Part shown: piece by piece, positions 60,901-64,000 of the stretch
How the letters are laid out: each line of letters starts with the position of its first letter
Position numbering within the stretch: position 1 is the stretch's first letter
NCBI RefSeq assembly: GCF_000143415.4
Contig: NW_003314308.1
Coordinates: 1,399,350-1,463,349 of the forward strand
Direction: 5' to 3'
Source: Selaginella moellendorffii
Taxonomy: Eukaryota > Plantae > Lycopodiophyta
Length of the DNA stretch: 64,000 nt
Notes under the pieces: generated by a model
Database searches by the model: none
Told to the model about the DNA's origin: nothing
What the model saw: only the letters and a program-made list of their open reading frames with translations
Made by a program: the position numbers and the translations under genes

Positions 60901-63653
60901 AGCTCGGCAACAAGCTCAAAACCAAGTGGCAAGGACCTTTCATCATCACCGAACTCTACCCCAACTCGACAGCGAACGTCGCCACCCTCGCTGGAGACTT
61001 CACCGAAACTGTCAACCTCAACAAGCTCCGACCATACTACGTAGACCTCTGCAACATCCAGACCACATTTCAGCAACACTTCCGACCGCAACTCATCACC
61101 GGAACCGAGAGATTCCCCGAACACTCTCCCGGCCACTCGAACCGAACACTCGACACCAGCCGTCCGTATCGAGAAGCAACACCAGATGATACCACAATGA
61201 GCATCATCGACAATCAGCAAGCCTTGTGGCATCAACAATGGCCAACACGCTACTCAGAAACCATCACCACCAACTTCTCCTGGACAACCCTTCAGTTGCC
61301 ACTCAATTTGGCACAAAACGCTGAGTCCCAAGCTACCGTCCGATCAACTCCACGAGATCAGATCTGCACCGTCCAACAGCGCTCAATCTCAGCCGCCAGA
61401 TCATCATCTCCACAACAGATCACAGCCCTCAGATCTTGCCACGCAATCGCCACCGTTCAAACTAAACCCCACCAAGTTTCACAGGACACAAACCTAAGTC
61501 GCCAACAGCAGCTCGCCAGCACCCTTTCCAGCGCGCCACCAGCTCCAACAACGATGCCCAAGCGCAAGATGAGAGCCATTCCCCCAAGACGCCTCAGGTA
61601 TGTCCGCCACAGCTTGCCCAAGCTTCCGACCGAGGCAGTCACGGCATGGCTGGTCGAGCAGGGGTTCGGCCAGCTCCTCGAGATCTTCAAAACCCCATTT
61701 GATCACCACCTCGCCCGCAAGCTTGCCAAGAAGTATGACGAGAGCCGCAACACGATCTCGGATGACGTCAACACCATCGCCATCACGCCGGCCCTGCTCA
61801 GCAAAGTTTTCAAGATCCCTCGAAAAGGACTCGACAAGTTCCCCAAAGAGGTTCCCAAGGTCATCCTCAAGCCAGGTGCATCCCCAACCACAGAAGGGCC
61901 CAAGTGGGAGGATGTTCTTTCTGAACACCAGGAGAAGCTGCGTGCCCTGCTCCTCCTCTACGACCTCCGCCCCACTGACAAATCTATCAGCAAGCTTACC
62001 ACCCAAGCCTATCACGCCATGGACCGAGGAGAGCGAGTCAATGTCGCCAGCCACTTGAACACTATGCTGGCAAAGCAACTGAAGAAAATCAATGAGAAAC
62101 CTACGAGAGGCCAAACCATCTCCACCGTGATCTTCCCGATGCTCATCGCTTTGCACGCCGCCCACCCCAACAAGCAGCCCTGGTCTACCAGCTCCTCAAC
62201 TGAACACAGCCACACTGACGACGACGACTCAGCATCGACCGAGACCCTGCCCTCACCACCGCACAAGAAGAAAGCCCAACCCTCCTCATCGAAGCATCAT
62301 ACGCCACCCAGCCCCACCCCCAGCAAGACCAGCAGCGAAGAAACCTCATCCGACGAAGAATCTCCACCACCTCGCCGCCACAAGCTTCGTCAACCTCCTC
62401 AACGTAAGAACTGCCACCGCAGCACGGAGTACGTCGTCCTCACCAGCAGGGACACCACAAACACCACACAACCCCGCCAGCACCAGCACCAATCAATTCC
62501 AAGCCAACCCCGAGCTCGTTCACCTTCTCCAACACCAATCTTCAACAACTCACAAGCTTTCACTGACGACCAGCACCACGACAACAATGATTCCCATCAC
62601 CCAGACAATATCACCGCCAGCAACAGCAAGATTTCCAGCGGGCACGTCAACTCCGGCAACGTTAAACCTCTCCATCCATCAGCAGCACATCCGACTCTCA
62701 ACACCACACAAGATGCCCCGTTGAACTTCAACAAAAATCCGAGCTCTTCATCAAATATTACAGCGCCTCATCTCGACCATCCATCTTCAACGACCATAAT
62801 TAAATTTGCGCCATGTCAAATCTTAACAAACTTGACAAATCAGCGCAGTCCATCTGCATCCGCTCAGCCTCAGCCACCTCAGCAGCAATCAACGCCCCAA
62901 ATCACGCCGGCCGACCCCATCAAGAACCCAGCTCCCGACTCAGTTTCAGCGCCCTACGGCTCGCCTTTCGCGCCTTCTCCACCAGTCCAAGCATCTCAGC
63001 CGCACCAGCAATCCACCATGCCTCCACTCCAATCCCAGGTACGCAAAGACAGAGCCTCCTTCGACCACGAAATCCGCCAAGAACACGAAGACAAGATGCA
63101 AGATCCCGGATACCTCCATCGCAAGCTCTTCGAGGCTCTGGAGCGCCGCGCCAGTCATGACATCAGCCAGGCCATCCGAGGCCGCGTCCCCCAGGCTCAG
63201 GACATCGCCCAGCACCTCTCCCGCGATGGTGCCTTCATCAACACCAGGAACGCAGTCCGCGCTGAGTTCTACGAGCCGCTCGTCGCGGAGATTGGCAACC
63301 TCCACAACACCATTCACCACCTCCAGGGCGACATCCAGAGCATCAAGACAACGGCCGCCAGCTCTTCTCGCGCCAACAACAACCCCACTGGCCAACAGAA
63401 CTACTGGCGAGACAAGTACCACCACGGAGTCACCGTCATCCAGGAGCACCAGCAGCGCATTGACCATCTTGAAGCGCTCCTTGCCGAGTATGAGGATGAT
63501 GATGGCTCAGACCCGCCCGACAGTGAGCCCAACGATAACCTAACCCTCCCCCAGCAGCGCCGCCGACTGCGACGCCTGCAGCGAGCTCCGGAAGCGAACC
63601 AACTCCACCACCAAGCAATGGACACTGATCATGGCCCCGAGGACGGAGCCTAG
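54927..63653 (+). CDS. Gag-Pol polyprotein (2908 aa) with C-terminal PMD-like extension
   Basis: Two CCHC knuckles (56478-56579), protease MLDGG (about 57640), RT FMDD (58923-58934), RNase H VDTS/TEKE/DHKAL, integrase HHCC with WGLDF, TDRGSHF and NGQAE, and GPF (about 60935). Confidence 0.96.
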   Translation: MNKPRKAASKQQEDTERLQRYLQRELKRLEKERKEKATQWSHFVQVSERERYITDELFPKIAAGEDAGRVLEGYQNFRTPPASPTAAPENPPETQPEVQHTPQHSFHNPLFQGQTDPRTYFSWTVPTASPAVLGTLFSTPVSASTSTTPFASAPDFYNFQQQPDSPKLNSVEYGLRPIYIVDPDDRPAHHQQYEFGQSSEYTLNQLFDQAFSRPHQQPEPDINLQQPDLQVILRQSSPETLLQPAEEPLLPSTSTLPPQNTPTTAPSNVPPNAPPNTLPHSLPDIPPDIITMTMVLPNTVIGKLVTYPQFKGKKTEDPEKHVIRFKEAARVNGQQDNLAFLFGCTLKGRAGEWLQTTDSKLTFDELTKAFTDHFKSALSQSEKLQKIQNIKMRTGETLEEYTERFTKHANRCKSSSTDILLYQWYMQGLASHLKKAATKIDTSDYKTLSKDLKEVQIRRQTARVDEPEDFDSEEDEDDLLDSLTGKSKDKVGIRKIQKLLTKFTASSDKSDVRTGVWCTKCKNEGHSATDCKLQLVKCQICGKDNHDAKTCRFRSQPEVRQISNFPRRPPRQPEYSTQYPAAPPNNWRPPRNNYLPRQWNAPPRFNNNYNNRPYYNDRYQQPDNRPYQQYRQNQMDYNNSQAYPRYQNQGYQGYNRYQGYQDQRYQGNYNSRPWQPRIPDQPGPPRLGPPPPRQPDQQQQQPPATRLIEADELPFPEEDPEPQVLAVQTRAQLRAQHQQQPDKDSNTEDDTSSERSKQTPEWKKRRQLAAKVQKHLTQQPPELVILDSEDEEQPESSTQQPRNQPTASPAQLLANSIGDTTVAESILTQNIQITVGQLLKIAPYLVNQLVSLTNPLDTPPMDAPALNTSKDTVDAFQAEIQPGDCDNEVPTIDLRIGRHQVRGAMLDGGYGVNIIEESLVRQINLGPVEPAPFNVRMADHRSVRPRGIIRNVITNIRGIRVPVNYVILKLPKNSDGYAVLLGRPWLKHARAMHNWSTNQIFLQGPQGPVTVSTNSSKHLPTNIRPVDLEDYDLETGLDDYEEQQILQAYPDLEPLAEIDIFRVAADFSRERPQLTEALKNPTTRDTTIATQPAFIVDSDQKVAYVPTIPTNQPLEKINLATDQNQHHIILAKDISESFRNKGLRLLQKKKHLFAWSYKDLKGVSPDLCLHTITLLPDARPKRQAPYRMNPNLMEQVKKELDKLLEVEYIYPIQNPIWLSPLVVVPKKNGKLRICVNYKQLNDVTNKDIFPIPFTDEVLDAVAGHEMYSFLDGFSGYNQITIAQEDQHKTAFISPWGAYAYRRMPFGLCNAPFTFQRLVTNTFRDYLTDFMRVFMDDFSVFSSEDCHLECLEKCLEKCEENNIALNPEKCAFFVKSGVLLGHIVCKDGILIDKDKVEVILQLDPPKNQKDLRRFLGKIGYHRRFIHKYADIAKPLTDGLRLDAQWIWSDTQQTAFDNLKLKLTTAPILAKPDWTKEFHIHVDTSDIGTGTVLSQAQRDNRDQPIYYASRLLTSTERNYTTTEKEALGMVYALQKFRHYILSSKVIIFVDHKALLYLINKPILSGRISRWFLLLQEYNFEIVHKPGRQHEQADFLSRITTGESPDRLADDLPDSNLFRISVPATWLDDIFAYLSSAKVPAQHTTPDQRKTFVSKTRRYSIIGGSLYKLGIDNILRRCIKVPETLRIINEAHSGPSGGHFASDTTVRKILQSGLWWPTMWRDTEDFCRKCDTCQRNRLPPKTQSQPLNPTFPVAPFQRWGLDFVGPQITTARKNQYIIVATDYATKWAEAAPLKQATAKATAKFIYENIITRFGTPLELVTDRGSHFINETITHLTEEFQIRHKTSTPYYPQGNGQAEATNKTLKTILKKVISDSGKDWDEKLGDVLWAYRTAYKITTDMTPFKLAFGIEAITPIEFIIPSMRVAVKYDLDPRHIFRQRLLELEKLDELRLNALWTLHTIQKQRKARHDRRLARNKTPKYSPGDHVLWYRGPITQLGNKLKTKWQGPFIITELYPNSTANVATLAGDFTETVNLNKLRPYYVDLCNIQTTFQQHFRPQLITGTERFPEHSPGHSNRTLDTSRPYREATPDDTTMSIIDNQQALWHQQWPTRYSETITTNFSWTTLQLPLNLAQNAESQATVRSTPRDQICTVQQRSISAARSSSPQQITALRSCHAIATVQTKPHQVSQDTNLSRQQQLASTLSSAPPAPTTMPKRKMRAIPPRRLRYVRHSLPKLPTEAVTAWLVEQGFGQLLEIFKTPFDHHLARKLAKKYDESRNTISDDVNTIAITPALLSKVFKIPRKGLDKFPKEVPKVILKPGASPTTEGPKWEDVLSEHQEKLRALLLLYDLRPTDKSISKLTTQAYHAMDRGERVNVASHLNTMLAKQLKKINEKPTRGQTISTVIFPMLIALHAAHPNKQPWSTSSSTEHSHTDDDDSASTETLPSPPHKKKAQPSSSKHHTPPSPTPSKTSSEETSSDEESPPPRRHKLRQPPQRKNCHRSTEYVVLTSRDTTNTTQPRQHQHQSIPSQPRARSPSPTPIFNNSQAFTDDQHHDNNDSHHPDNITASNSKISSGHVNSGNVKPLHPSAAHPTLNTTQDAPLNFNKNPSSSSNITAPHLDHPSSTTIIKFAPCQILTNLTNQRSPSASAQPQPPQQQSTPQITPADPIKNPAPDSVSAPYGSPFAPSPPVQASQPHQQSTMPPLQSQVRKDRASFDHEIRQEHEDKMQDPGYLHRKLFEALERRASHDISQAIRGRVPQAQDIAQHLSRDGAFINTRNAVRAEFYEPLVAEIGNLHNTIHHLQGDIQSIKTTAASSSRANNNPTGQQNYWRDKYHHGVTVIQEHQQRIDHLEALLAEYEDDDGSDPPDSEPNDNLTLPQQRRRLRRLQRAPEANQLHHQAMDTDHGPEDGA

Positions 63654-63656
63654 ATC

Positions 63657-63669
63657 AAGCAGGGGGCAG
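63657..63669 (+). other. Polypurine tract
   Basis: AAGCAGGGGGCAG immediately before the 3' LTR. Confidence 0.8.
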
Positions 63670-64000
63670 TGGAAACCTCCCCTAACACATGCACGCCCAG
63701 GAGCAGCTACACTCACGACTGAAAGCCAGGTTCAAACGGCTACTAGTTTATTTTCTCTATTCTAGGCATATACTGGCGGTTAGAACCGCCAACAGGAGAG
63801 TGGTTTTGAGAGACCCCAGCGCAGCTAGGGTTCCCCATCTCCTTTCCCATTCCATTGTACTTCAAGACTCCTGAATCGCATCCCCTATTTGCATTATCTT
63901 TGACTTGAGTCTCTCTCCCCGCCGATCCACCACTTCTTTCACCCCTCCTCAGCTGGCGACCTCTGGAGATCAGGCGCCAGTTCTTAGATCGAGTTCTAGC
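63670..64000 (+). repeat. 3' LTR (partial)
   Basis: Matches 53138-53468 with one visible mismatch (C53453/T63985). Confidence 0.95.

Larger units (their letters stand above)
53138..64000 (+). mobile_element. Ty3/gypsy LTR retrotransposon, non-chromoviral, apparently intact; 3' LTR truncated by the window end
   Basis: Paired LTRs offset by 10532 bp, PBS, PPT and a gag-PR-RT-RH-INT domain order. Confidence 0.97.

Noticed and set aside
60940-61550. Chromodomain or additional RNase H after integrase
   Set aside because: No YLVKW-type or RNase H acidic motifs; the region is T/Q/S-rich linker.
61554-63653. Envelope (env) gene
   Set aside because: No signal peptide or convincing TM helix. The basic N-terminus suggests a nuclear protein.

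Overview
Eukaryotic plant nuclear DNA, very gene-dense, with short (about 50-90 nt) introns. PLS-class PPR genes, a probable flagellar TPR gene and a nuclear-encoded mitochondrial rps10 point to a non-seed plant such as the lycophyte Selaginella (inference). The first 53 kb hold about 22 tightly packed protein genes: Golgi mannosidase II, CK1, TAF4, ARID-HMG, fatty alcohol oxidase, rps10, TRS85, two LRR proteins, TTC29-like, ADA1-like, ERD15, polygalacturonase, two PPRs, a kinesin, ZF-HD, DUF707, KdsB, a GPI-anchored protein, a trihelix ORF and a small membrane protein. There is also a decayed NAL1-like protease copy. The last 11 kb are an intact, young, non-chromoviral Ty3/gypsy LTR retrotransposon inserted into a Crinkler/RHS-type P-loop NTPase gene. 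Its single 2908-aa ORF has a prion-like Gag segment and, after integrase, an in-frame 699-aa extension with a Plant Mobile Domain-like region. All family assignments come from motif recognition and recall; no database searches were run. Multi-exon genes are given as start-to-stop spans.
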